From Shigella phage ESh18, in the sequence record ON528728: a stretch of 64,000 bases of DNA, one strand, 5' to 3'. Shown in pieces: positions 8,807 through 17,880 of this stretch (position 1 is its first letter; every line of letters starts with the position of its first letter). The translations under genes and the position numbers were made by a program. Below the pieces are notes generated by a model that did not search any database, was not told the DNA's origin, and worked only from the letters and a program-made list of their open reading frames with translations.

Positions 8807-10863
8807 TACATCTTGAACTTTTTAGACATTCCGTTGATGTTAACCAAAGAAGCCAAGATTTGAGAAACTTCGTTTTCCTCTTCTTTTGATTCTTCTACAA
8901 GGAATTGATTAAACCCAGCCATTGGACGAACTTCACCAGTTTCCATTAGATGATCGCCATCATATACCGATTCTTCTAATTGTTCAGAAGGAGGAACGAT
9001 TGTGCCTTCGATTAGATACTTATTATAAGCAGTTTCTTTCATCATGTACGTGCTCACTTTATTAATCTTCAGCAAAATTCCACGCGGTAAAATAACTTCA
9101 GCTTCTGATGGAAATCCTGATAAATGACCTGGAACGATAACTTTGATTCGCTCAGCCCCTTTAATTACCATACCTACGCTAGTTTCAGCGTCTTCATTCG
9201 CATAAGCAGAGTGACTACCCATATGCATTAAATCTTCAGCATCAACAGAACCTTCTCCTTCACCAGAAAATACTGCACCGGAATCATCTAGAGCCATATA
9301 GTTTTTACCATGCTCACCGAAGATGTTTGGTTTAAGCGACGTGGATACAAAGTTCTTGAAATAGAACATTTTGTTTTCAATATTATGACGTAAAGTTTTA
9401 AAAGTAACTTCTTGTCCACGATAAAGCGTAGTTCCTGGAGGAAGAACTGAACCTTTAGCGAATGCAGAATCCATTGTCTCGATGTGTTTAATAGCTCGTT
9501 CCATGTATTCTTCACGGGTAGAATCTGGTTTACCCAAGAGGAACGAGTTCATTTCAACATATGAATCTGCACAATAATCTTCAATTACATCAGACTCAGC
9601 CTGAGTTAATCCTTTTGGAGTTACTTCGGTGCTTGCATATTCATATGCCTGGGCAGCAGATTCATTAATCAATTTATAAATGCCATTCATGACAAATTGA
9701 ATAATAGCTGTCTTTTCATCTGGCGTAGCTTTAGAACCTTTAACTAAATCATTAATAATTTTCTTAATAACATCAAAGCTATTAGAAATATTAATGTCAG
9801 CAAGATCGCTTAAAATTTTATCAGTTTTATAATCAAAGAATTCTTTATTCTTTAAATATTCTTGAGAACCTTGATATGTTATATCGCTCTGCAACTTGAT
9901 AGATGGATCACGTAAACGTGCATGGGCCAATGCAATATGATTTCGGAAGTTTTCTAGTTCATAATCGCTAGATTTAAAACGAGAAGCACTCCTCATACCA
10001 CCGATAGCTCCTTTGCTGAAGTTTGAACCAATCTGGATAACGCCAGAGTTCATCGGACCTTCTGCTTTATATACCGGAACTTTAGATTCAAACTCTTGAT
10101 ATTTCTTAGCAGCGAAGCTATCACCCTGAAGTGAAGCATCGACAGTAGAATATTGAGCTTGTGCTGCTAATCGACGACTAATTTTAGTTTTTTGAATAAC
10201 AGCTTGATCCGTGCGCTTATCATTTTCTAAAGCAATAGAAGCAGCAACAGCGACAGCTTTAGGAACAGCATTACCTGTTTTAACATCTACATAAACATCA
10301 CCGACCTTCGATTCAACTTTTGTGAATAACTCAGTTGAAATAGGAGGTACACCTGGAATGTCTTCTAAATTGGCATTTTTACGGTAAACCATAATATATG
10401 CATACTTTTTATCATAGTCCCAGATTTCCTTTAAAAGAACATATCGACCTGCTCCTTTAGTACGTACTAAACGGTCAGCAATAACTTGCATTTGACGAGC
10501 AGCGCCATTTGTTTTACTTTTTAGTACGCGGAATAGGCATGCGTCAATTTTATACTGTTTCATTGTTTGAAGAGCAGTATCAAAAACAGCATTAATGACG
10601 CCAATTGGATTTCCACCCAAGTTTCTAAGCTTAACCAGCGATAATTTCTCGTTGACACCTATCATTACGATATGCATCATTTTATCGCCTGGCTTAACGT
10701 TTTTATTCGTATCACCGCCAGAGGTGTATGTACAAAATCTAAATCCAGGAAGCACGCTTTCTTCACCGGCTTGAATAGCAAAAATTTGTGGTATTTTATG
10801 CTTAGGATTTAAGTTAACAACCGGCGCCGAAGCGCCGTCAAATAATTCTGTAATAAGTTCCAT
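8806..10863 (-). CDS. Alt-like ADP-ribosyltransferase paralog (685 aa)
   Basis: N-terminal ~240 aa about 65% identical to the adjacent alt product, including MELITELFD; C-terminal motifs YRGQ, FVSTSL, EAEVILPRG. Confidence 0.8.
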   Translation of the reverse strand: MELITELFDGASAPVVNLNPKHKIPQIFAIQAGEESVLPGFRFCTYTSGGDTNKNVKPGDKMMHIVMIGVNEKLSLVKLRNLGGNPIGVINAVFDTALQTMKQYKIDACLFRVLKSKTNGAARQMQVIADRLVRTKGAGRYVLLKEIWDYDKKYAYIMVYRKNANLEDIPGVPPISTELFTKVESKVGDVYVDVKTGNAVPKAVAVAASIALENDKRTDQAVIQKTKISRRLAAQAQYSTVDASLQGDSFAAKKYQEFESKVPVYKAEGPMNSGVIQIGSNFSKGAIGGMRSASRFKSSDYELENFRNHIALAHARLRDPSIKLQSDITYQGSQEYLKNKEFFDYKTDKILSDLADINISNSFDVIKKIINDLVKGSKATPDEKTAIIQFVMNGIYKLINESAAQAYEYASTEVTPKGLTQAESDVIEDYCADSYVEMNSFLLGKPDSTREEYMERAIKHIETMDSAFAKGSVLPPGTTLYRGQEVTFKTLRHNIENKMFYFKNFVSTSLKPNIFGEHGKNYMALDDSGAVFSGEGEGSVDAEDLMHMGSHSAYANEDAETSVGMVIKGAERIKVIVPGHLSGFPSEAEVILPRGILLKINKVSTYMMKETAYNKYLIEGTIVPPSEQLEESVYDGDHLMETGEVRPMAGFNQFLVEESKEEENEVSQILASLVNINGMSKKFKM
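10822..10837 (-). other. GC-rich C(UUCG)G hairpin inside the coding region of the Alt paralog
   Basis: Plus CGGCGC-CGAA-GCGCCG; in the mRNA a GGCGC-UUCG-GCGCC stem-loop about 30 nt after the start codon. Confidence 0.5.
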
Positions 10864-10866
10864 GAT

Positions 10867-12960
10867 TTATCCTTGAACGAACTTGTAAGGCATGTTTGTA
10901 ATATCTATGCAAGACGCAATAATTCCAAGAGATGATTCTACTTTCTGTTTAACATTTGATGAAACAAATGATGCAAAGTCAACTCTGTCTTCTATTTCAA
11001 TATCACCTGTCATTGCAACTACTTCGCCGGTTTCCATTAAACGGTCACCGTCATAAATTACCGATTCGGTGAGTTCTTCGGTGGTCATAACTTCAGCTTG
11101 AATGAGTTTTGTATTATTAGACGTGGTTCCGTCATTATTAGAAGCATCAGTTATTTTATTAACTTTGACCATCAATCCGCGCGGTAGAATAACTTCGGCT
11201 TCTGTTGCTATTCCGAGACTTCCTGGATATACAACATTAACTTTATGAGCTCCATCAATTGCCCATCCTATTTGAACTTTAACGTATTCAGGATTTTCTT
11301 TATACGCTCTTATTTCGTTTGGATTAATAGTTATTCCTTCTTCATTTTTATCAACTGTTAATTCATTGCGAGCTTCTGGTTCTAAAAGACCAATACCAGC
11401 ATGTGTAATTCCAAAACGTCCAAAAATGATAGGAGTTAAAGAAGTAGATACAAAATTTCTGAAATAGAACACTTTATTTTTAACTAGTGCTTCGTATATA
11501 GGAGCAGTCATACTTTGAGCACGATAAACTGTAATGCCTTCCGGTATGCGGTCACCATTTTCAAAAGCTGAATCTAAATTATTTATAGCAGATTCAATTT
11601 CTTTTTCACTCATTACATCATATCGTTCTGGATTGTAACGACCTAAAAGAAGATTATTAATGTCTGTATATCCTGAACCACAATATTCTCTAATACCTCG
11701 CTTTTGTGATGGAGTATATTTAGAACCATCACGGGCAATAGTAATATCAATCATTGGACCAGCACCAATTCCAGAAAAGCTATAAATCATTCGTTTGAGG
11801 AATTTAGTTTTTGCTGCATTCCATGCATTTTTAGTTATTTCTCCCCAGACTTCATCTGGTTGCCCTTTACGAGTTTTATTATGTTTATCAAGCCAATTAT
11901 CTTTATATTCTTCAAAGAATTTATTAACAGCTGCTGCGTATTTCTCTAAACATTTTATTGAAGTAGTTGGTTCATTTTTGATTGCGTTAAAAATTACATC
12001 TTTAATTTTTTCTGAAACTTCATCAACCTCACTTTTTGAAAAGAATTTATAGTCATAGTGAAGTTCATTCGCAGTTCCTTCGGCAATAATTTTTGCTGCC
12101 TTAGTTTTAGAAGCTAACGAATTAATTCCAAGCTTCATTTCTTCTGCTTCGGGAATTAAAGGAGCGGTAGCAGGTTTATTGAAATTAGCTGCGGTAGATT
12201 CATACTTCTGGAATAATTCACTTTCAAATCTAGAAGATTCCAATGATTGACTTTGCGCAATTGCTCTACGTGAAATTTTAACTTTAACGATTACAGCTTG
12301 GTCAGAACGTTTATCATTTTCTTGCGCAATAGATGCTGCAATTGCCTCATTTTTAGTTACTTGAGCTCCAGTATCTTTATTGATATAAACATCACCGACC
12401 TTCGATTCAACTTTAGTAAAGAGCTCGGTACTAATTTCCGGAACTCCTGGAATGTCTTCTAGTGATACATTTTTGCGATGTATAAGAATATATGCATACT
12501 TTTTATCGTAATCCCAGAGTTCCTTAAGAAGGACGTATCTGCCACCTGAACGACTGCGGATAAGTCTATCAGCAATAAGTTGAATTTGACGAGCTTGACC
12601 AGCAGTTTTAGACTTAAGAATACGGAGCATGCAGGCATCAATTTTATACTGACGCATCGTTTGCATTGCAACAGTAAAAACTGAATTGATATAATTAATT
12701 GGGCTTGGACCAAGACCTTTTAATTTAGCAATTGAACCTTTAGCAGTTAATGTAAAAGGAACAATATGCATCATTTTATCGCCCATCTTTAAATCACGAT
12801 TAGTATCACCTCCAGATGTATAGGTACATAAACGAAAGCCTGGTTGTTCAATTGCATCATCAACATGAACTGAAAAAATTTGTGGTATTTTCTTCTTTGG
12901 ATTTAAGTTTGTAATCGGAAGAGTAGTATCTTCGTCAAATAATTCTGTAATAAGTTCCAT
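10867..12960 (-). CDS. alt: Alt ADP-ribosyltransferase (packaged RNAP-modifying enzyme)
   Basis: N-terminus MELITELFDEDTTLPITNL recognised as T4 Alt; R-S-E motifs YRAQ, FVSTSL, EAEVILPRG; start placed at second ATG (12960), 5 nt after GAGG. Confidence 0.85.
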   Translation of the reverse strand: MELITELFDEDTTLPITNLNPKKKIPQIFSVHVDDAIEQPGFRLCTYTSGGDTNRDLKMGDKMMHIVPFTLTAKGSIAKLKGLGPSPINYINSVFTVAMQTMRQYKIDACMLRILKSKTAGQARQIQLIADRLIRSRSGGRYVLLKELWDYDKKYAYILIHRKNVSLEDIPGVPEISTELFTKVESKVGDVYINKDTGAQVTKNEAIAASIAQENDKRSDQAVIVKVKISRRAIAQSQSLESSRFESELFQKYESTAANFNKPATAPLIPEAEEMKLGINSLASKTKAAKIIAEGTANELHYDYKFFSKSEVDEVSEKIKDVIFNAIKNEPTTSIKCLEKYAAAVNKFFEEYKDNWLDKHNKTRKGQPDEVWGEITKNAWNAAKTKFLKRMIYSFSGIGAGPMIDITIARDGSKYTPSQKRGIREYCGSGYTDINNLLLGRYNPERYDVMSEKEIESAINNLDSAFENGDRIPEGITVYRAQSMTAPIYEALVKNKVFYFRNFVSTSLTPIIFGRFGITHAGIGLLEPEARNELTVDKNEEGITINPNEIRAYKENPEYVKVQIGWAIDGAHKVNVVYPGSLGIATEAEVILPRGLMVKVNKITDASNNDGTTSNNTKLIQAEVMTTEELTESVIYDGDRLMETGEVVAMTGDIEIEDRVDFASFVSSNVKQKVESSLGIIASCIDITNMPYKFVQG

Positions 12961-12983
12961 CATAGCCTCTCTAGTGTTTATTC

Positions 12984-12991
12984 TATTTATA
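12984..12991 (-). promoter_or_regulatory. late promoter TATAAATA upstream of alt
   Basis: Minus-strand TATAAATA about 21 nt upstream of the alt ATG. Confidence 0.6.
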
Positions 12992-12996
12992 AAATT

Positions 12997-13014
12997 AAAG
13001 GCCCGAAGGCCTTT
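12997..13014 (-). terminator. C(UUCG)G hairpin AAAGGCC-UUCG-GGCCUUU after the 62-aa ORF
   Basis: 7-bp stem with UUCG loop on the minus transcript, followed by AAUUUUA; identical 18-mer recurs at 59415-59432. Confidence 0.55.
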
Positions 13015-13201
13015 AGTAATCTAGTGGTAAGAGAGTACGATATATTTCAAACTTTGGTCCTTTTTCATAGGCATCAAATGTTTCTGTAAATTTATTATAA
13101 GCGTATGCATCTACAAATTCGAGAATGACTTGTGATACAGAAGTAGAAACATCTCCGCCTTCTTTTTGAGCAATGACAATTGTTTCTAAGTAAGCTTTCA
13201 T
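13013..13201 (-). CDS. hypothetical protein, 62 aa
   Basis: ORF track; ATGA overlap with gene 30 stop. Confidence 0.5.
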   Translation of the reverse strand: MKAYLETIVIAQKEGGDVSTSVSQVILEFVDAYAYNKFTETFDAYEKGPKFEIYRTLLPLDY

Positions 13202-14661
13202 AAACCAGTTACCTCATGAAAATCACCAAATACATCCTCGAATGTATTAGCTTTAGTTTTATCTTCACGTAAACGAATCGCAATCGGAAGAAATAATTTA
13301 ACGTAATCAGTGCGGCCATCAGATTTTAACCAACCGTTGCATTCGCACTCTAGAATTTTTCCAATATAATAATTTTGGTTTTCCATAATGCGAGTACGGT
13401 CAAGTTCATGTGATTTTACGCCGGCTTTGTCTTTTAAGCCTGAACCAGCATTTACTTTAATTTTTCCACACTCTGACTCAAGAATAAATCCACCTGCTTT
13501 AGTAGGGTCTTTACGGTGAGGATAAATTCCTACAATTTTTAAATCAACATCAATTACTTCTTTAAATTTATAGAGATTTTTTGAACGGGCATTTTCCCAT
13601 AACCCATCAACGTTTTTGAGAATAATACCTTCAAGACCTTGATCAATATACTTTTTGTAAATTACCTTAGCTTCATCTAGGTTATTTACTACCTGGTTTT
13701 CAATTAAAATTACTTTATCATATCCTGATGTCATTTGTTCTAGTTTAGAAAAACGTACATCATATTTTAAACGAAACGCCGGAAGACCGTATATTTCTAC
13801 CAACGGTACATAATCCCAGACCTGAAACTTCATGCATTGTGCTTCTTTTTCAGAAATGGTTCCCTTTAAAGATTTATTGGCGATGCCATTAGATGCAGTA
13901 CGAGATTCAGCTACTTCGGCGAATTCTTTAGCTTTACTAATTTCAGGATAAGCATCAAAAAGAAAATCTAGGCCTTCTGGCTCCTTTTTAACTTGCTCAT
14001 GGTATACCAATTCGCCATCAATTAACACACCTTCTGGATGAATCTGGCGGGCTTCAGCGGTCATTTTGATTAACTCTTCTTTGAGAAGGTCTAATCCTAG
14101 ATATTCATTACCAGCTCGTGATAAAAGACGAACATCATCTAATTCATCACCTCTGACTTCGGCAAAACACCGAGCTCCATCAGCTTTTAATTGGGCAAAG
14201 GCTGGAAATTTGATATTCTTATTAATGCCTTTTTCATCATAAGAACTTGCCAGCATTTGAGGTTGTTCAGGAATTAAACCTGGCCAAACTTTGTTTGCAA
14301 TAGATACTGAAGCACCGCATTCAAGGTCTCGCATCATCACCCGACGCAAAACTTCAACATCATCCTTTTTACCATCGGTGATATATCCAGTTAATTCTTC
14401 AATTGCCGCATTTCCAGTCAATTTCCGAGTAGCTAATGTGAATTCAATGAAGTCAAGCATATCGGTAAGAGTCAACATTCCAAAACTCTGGGTAGCAATA
14501 CCAGGTTTAGGCCATTTCTTGATATAATACTGTAACCCACGAGAATAAGTTAGACGATATACTCGTTTAAGCAATTCATTATCTTTATTCTTTTCAAGAA
14601 TTGCTTGCTTCTGCTTAGTTGAACCAATAGATGCTATTTCGTTCAGAATTTTAAGAATCAT
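13198..14661 (-). CDS. 30: ATP-dependent DNA ligase gp30
   Basis: 487 aa as in T4 DNA ligase; synteny. Confidence 0.9.
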   Translation of the reverse strand: MILKILNEIASIGSTKQKQAILEKNKDNELLKRVYRLTYSRGLQYYIKKWPKPGIATQSFGMLTLTDMLDFIEFTLATRKLTGNAAIEELTGYITDGKKDDVEVLRRVMMRDLECGASVSIANKVWPGLIPEQPQMLASSYDEKGINKNIKFPAFAQLKADGARCFAEVRGDELDDVRLLSRAGNEYLGLDLLKEELIKMTAEARQIHPEGVLIDGELVYHEQVKKEPEGLDFLFDAYPEISKAKEFAEVAESRTASNGIANKSLKGTISEKEAQCMKFQVWDYVPLVEIYGLPAFRLKYDVRFSKLEQMTSGYDKVILIENQVVNNLDEAKVIYKKYIDQGLEGIILKNVDGLWENARSKNLYKFKEVIDVDLKIVGIYPHRKDPTKAGGFILESECGKIKVNAGSGLKDKAGVKSHELDRTRIMENQNYYIGKILECECNGWLKSDGRTDYVKLFLPIAIRLREDKTKANTFEDVFGDFHEVTGL

Positions 14662-14927
14662 TGTTCATCCTTTAGAGTTTGGTTTACAGCTCTATTATAA
14701 ATCAATTCATCATTAAGCTCAGTCAAAGACCTATGATATGTAGTTCTAACTTTATTTCCTTGCATCCAGTGCTTGATATAAATGAAACCTTGCTCTACAC
14801 ATTTTTTAAAAATTCGTTCGTCTTTTTGAGCTCGGAATTCTGGATTGCATCTAAAAAATTGATTTACGTGACCATAATCACGTGTAGTATTACCTTCATT
14901 TTCATAAATAGTGTGAACGACAAACAT
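14658..14927 (-). CDS. hypothetical protein, 89 aa
   Basis: ORF track; overlapping operon spacing. Confidence 0.55.
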   Translation of the reverse strand: MFVVHTIYENEGNTTRDYGHVNQFFRCNPEFRAQKDERIFKKCVEQGFIYIKHWMQGNKVRTTYHRSLTELNDELIYNRAVNQTLKDEQ

Positions 14928-15790
14928 TAGAATGCTCCTTGGAAAATATTATCACCACTAGTAAATCTATTAAAATACCCTGCATCACCAGGCTTAGTAT
15001 AACTCCACGTATGGAATGGATTCATATGATACGGGTGTGTATAATATGGATTATATGGATGTGTATAATATGGATTATACGGATTAAATCCAGGAGTTCT
15101 CCAGGTAGTGTTCCAACGAAAAGAATCGTTTTTAACCATCTTCTCAATTACATCTTTTATAGCTTTTTCACTATCAAAACTTTCTTTATTTTCCTTCGGT
15201 GAAAAAAGCTTATTTTCTACATCATTCCATGTATAAACTCGCTGCGCAGTTTTTGGAATATTGTCACGCTCTCCTCGAGCCATCCAATAAACCGGAACAT
15301 TTAATATTTCACTCGCATGATCGCAGTGGTGAGCAAGATCGTCAATATAACAAATTACGTTATATTTCTCTTTTGCCTTTTTGAATAACTCTTCTTTTGA
15401 AGAATCATGACCACACATCATTACTTCTGAGAAGGCACCAGGAAAAAGAGCATTCAAATTAAATTGACGATTCAACAGAGCGTCAATAGAATCACCCAAT
15501 GCTGTAACAGCTACAAAATTATAATCTTCTTTTAATTTGTTAATTACACACAGAGCATCTTTATACGGAGACAAGTAACGAATAAAATCTGAACGATTGT
15601 ATTTTTCAATTAACTTGACGCCAAGTTCTTCATCACAATTAAATAGTTTACCTGGAGAAATAAATTTCTCATCTTGGATCATTTTTAAAATATGTTCTAA
15701 CGGAAGATTATATTTCTGAGCAAAATAAGGAAGACCTGATTGCCAGCTTAAACATACTCCATCAATATCAGTTAAAATAGTAGGCTTCAT
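14927..15790 (-). CDS. HAD-superfamily hydrolase-like protein with Y/P-rich repeat tail
   Basis: N-terminal ILTDIDGV (HAD motif I-like); C-terminal NPYNPYYTHPYNPYYTHPY repeat. Confidence 0.65.
   Translation of the reverse strand: MKPTILTDIDGVCLSWQSGLPYFAQKYNLPLEHILKMIQDEKFISPGKLFNCDEELGVKLIEKYNRSDFIRYLSPYKDALCVINKLKEDYNFVAVTALGDSIDALLNRQFNLNALFPGAFSEVMMCGHDSSKEELFKKAKEKYNVICYIDDLAHHCDHASEILNVPVYWMARGERDNIPKTAQRVYTWNDVENKLFSPKENKESFDSEKAIKDVIEKMVKNDSFRWNTTWRTPGFNPYNPYYTHPYNPYYTHPYHMNPFHTWSYTKPGDAGYFNRFTSGDNIFQGAF
15031..15085. repeat. 24-bp tandem repeat, about 2.3 copies, inside the HAD-like gene
   Basis: acgggtgtgtataatatggattat / atggatgtgtataatatggattat / acggatt...; encodes the NPYYTHPY repeats. 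Confidence 0.8.
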
Positions 15791-16251
15791 AGAGAGTCTC
15801 TTAATAGGTTTAACACATCAATAAATTCAGCTTCGGTTAGTATTGTATCATCTTTTGTTAGACCACTAGCCATGCTGTGCTTCAAAACTTTTCCTTTCGA
15901 GGCTAGTAATGCATCACGAAAGCCCTTGTTTTGAATCGCTGCTTCAAAATATGCATTTGTGTATAATTCTTTCCACGCCGGGGAGTATCTTGAAAACGGA
16001 ACTCCGAGCCAGAAGAGGGTCCCACGGTCCTGAGCTCTTGCATAAGACCTTCCAGCTTGCTGTGCGGCAAGCCCGGATAACCCAAATATACGACGTTGTT
16101 GTTCAACATTTTTCACCTTACACCCTTGGAGGAATCCTTCGAGACCTCCAAATTGAATACCATCCATGACGAAAGGCCATTGGGCGAAATTACTTAATGC
16201 ACATGATGGCCACCTAAAATTGCTTCTAATCTCTAACTCAGACATTTTCAA
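15787..16251 (-). CDS. NADAR / YbiA (DUF1768)-like protein
   Basis: Motif SNFAQWPFVMDGIQFGGLEGFLQGCK resembles the YbiA/NADAR signature (recall, unverified). Confidence 0.6.
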   Translation of the reverse strand: MKMSELEIRSNFRWPSCALSNFAQWPFVMDGIQFGGLEGFLQGCKVKNVEQQRRIFGLSGLAAQQAGRSYARAQDRGTLFWLGVPFSRYSPAWKELYTNAYFEAAIQNKGFRDALLASKGKVLKHSMASGLTKDDTILTEAEFIDVLNLLRDSL

Positions 16252-16444
16252 TGCTTATAATTTCAACATCAGCCCAATGACCATAGCAAGGAAGACGAAA
16301 TTCAACTGGCCAGTTAGGGTCCTTTTCTAATATAATAGACTTAACTTGTGGTTCTTCATGTTCATCAGTATATGGATTTTTATCTGTTACTTTATATGTG
16401 ACCTTAATGTACTGAATTCCAAAAATCTTATTAATTATATTCAT
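16238..16444 (-). CDS. hypothetical protein, 68 aa
   Basis: ORF track; overlapping operon. Confidence 0.5.
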   Translation of the reverse strand: MNIINKIFGIQYIKVTYKVTDKNPYTDEHEEPQVKSIILEKDPNWPVEFRLPCYGHWADVEIISIENV

Positions 16445-16638
16445 ACTAATTCCTTTAATCCGTAAATAGGAGATAATTCATCACCCATGCGAAGGTCTTC
16501 ATTTCCATCTACCCAGGAAACAATATAAGCCTCTTTTATTTGAATACCACTCCATTTAAATGGAGGTAGAACCTTAGAAATTAATCCAGGTATACCAATT
16601 CCCTTTAATTCAACAGTTTGACCTAAAAAGAATTTCAT
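16441..16638 (-). CDS. hypothetical protein, 65 aa
   Basis: ORF track; overlapping operon. Confidence 0.5.
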   Translation of the reverse strand: MKFFLGQTVELKGIGIPGLISKVLPPFKWSGIQIKEAYIVSWVDGNEDLRMGDELSPIYGLKELV

Positions 16639-16925
16639 TAGAACCTCATCTGAAAACCGTGCGATTTAACATTACCGCCGCCAATATCAGAAATGTTAAT
16701 TTCACGCGCAATTGAAGGGTCAATGTCAATTTCGCGATTGAGTTTAGTGATAGCTAAAGTATCGCGCCCATTTACAGTACGAAACTCTAAAGGACAAACC
16801 ACATCAACGTAGTTTTTAATCGATTCGCTAGTAGGTTGCAAATGTGCAGGAAGGTCTTTAGGCGCCTTAGAGAAAACCACTTCACAGAAGTTTTTACGAG
16901 TATCAAAATAAGTAGTCATAAACAT
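16638..16925 (-). CDS. hypothetical protein, 95 aa
   Basis: ORF track; ATG preceded by AGGAAA. Confidence 0.55.
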   Translation of the reverse strand: MFMTTYFDTRKNFCEVVFSKAPKDLPAHLQPTSESIKNYVDVVCPLEFRTVNGRDTLAITKLNREIDIDPSIAREINISDIGGGNVKSHGFQMRF

Positions 16926-16942
16926 AGTATTTTCCTCAGCAA

Positions 16943-16956
16943 GGGGCCGAAGCCCC
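16943..16956 (-). other. C(UUCG)G hairpin GGGGC-UUCG-GCCCC in the 5' leader of the 95-aa ORF
   Basis: Perfect 5-bp GC stem with UUCG loop in the minus transcript. Confidence 0.55.
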
Positions 16957-16966
16957 TCATTTTATT

Positions 16967-17332
16967 TTAAATATCAAATTCGTTAAGAACTACATCAAAG
17001 ATTGCTTCAAGATGCTCAGGTTTAGCTCTATTACTCAGAATATGACGAATCCAAGTTTTAACCAAAAGCTTGCGATTAGCACCATTCCAGCAAGGATGAG
17101 TCCCTAAATCACGTTGACGAAAATCATCATCCAGAGCGATTTTGAAGTTTGAACCTTCCATTGTGATTGAAACCGTGATTCCATTTTCAAATCGCATATA
17201 AACGTAGTTAGGAGTCATATACTGTTCAATTTCGCATACTGATCCATTTTGATGTTTCCAAAGGCAGATAGTATCAATAGAACCTGCAATACCATTAGAA
17301 ACATATTTACGTTCAAAGTTGATGTAGTTCAT
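16967..17332 (-). CDS. hypothetical protein, 121 aa
   Basis: ATG at 17332 after GGAGAATAAA; track start 17344 is TTG. Confidence 0.55.
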   Translation of the reverse strand: MNYINFERKYVSNGIAGSIDTICLWKHQNGSVCEIEQYMTPNYVYMRFENGITVSITMEGSNFKIALDDDFRQRDLGTHPCWNGANRKLLVKTWIRHILSNRAKPEHLEAIFDVVLNEFDI

Positions 17333-17368
17333 TTTATTCTCCAAGATGTTTAATTGCGGTACAGGTAT

Positions 17369-17397
17369 ATAATATCATATCCTGTACCAAAGTAAAC
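17369..17397 (-). promoter_or_regulatory. early promoter: -35 GTTTAC, 17-bp spacer, -10 TATTAT
   Basis: Minus strand GTTTACtttggtacaggatatgaTATTAT; inverted repeat GGTACAGG/CCTGTACC flanks the -10. Confidence 0.55.
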
Positions 17398-17401
17398 TAT
17401 T

Positions 17402-17770
17402 TTATGCAACTTTAATCCAATTATCTAAATTTAATTCACCTTTGGCTTTCATTTTTTCAATCAAGAGGTCAGCGGTAATACGACCATTTTGATACCACGT
17501 AACATCTTCAGAGTAACCAGTTTCTTTATCTTCATAAGTCTCACAACGAATTTTACCAATAATCAAAGTTTTCAATTCGTATGTATCTCCAGTAAAAAAG
17601 TTAGTTAACATTATTTTCCAAGAGAAATCATCAGAAGGACCTTCAGGAGTCATGCAACTTACAAATTCAAATTGTTCTTTGTATAAGTGCCACTGAAGTT
17701 CTTTAGTTTCGATAGCTTTATAGCCGTCGTGATCTTTACCTTTGATGTATGAGTTAAGATTGATTTTCAT
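17402..17770 (-). CDS. hypothetical protein, 122 aa
   Basis: ORF track; SD AAGGAG before ATG. Confidence 0.6.
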   Translation of the reverse strand: MKINLNSYIKGKDHDGYKAIETKELQWHLYKEQFEFVSCMTPEGPSDDFSWKIMLTNFFTGDTYELKTLIIGKIRCETYEDKETGYSEDVTWYQNGRITADLLIEKMKAKGELNLDNWIKVA

Positions 17771-17797
17771 TTTATTCTCCTTTGTTTGTGTAAGATA

Positions 17798-17827
17798 ATA
17801 CTATCACAAAGGAACTATACTGTAAAC
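17798..17827 (-). promoter_or_regulatory. putative early promoter: -35 GTTTAC, 18-bp spacer, -10 TAGTAT
   Basis: Minus strand GTTTACagtatagttcctttgtgaTAGTAT about 28 nt upstream of ATG 17770. Confidence 0.4.
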
Positions 17828-17857
17828 AACTTTATGCAATCTTTGGAAAATAAAAAA

Positions 17858-17875
17858 GGACTCCCGAAGGAGTCC
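17858..17875 (-). terminator. terminator hairpin GGACUCC-UUCG-GGAGUCC with U-tract
   Basis: 7-bp stem and UUCG loop on the minus transcript followed by UUUUUUAUUUU; just after the stop at 17881. Confidence 0.75.
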
Positions 17876-17880
17876 TCAAC

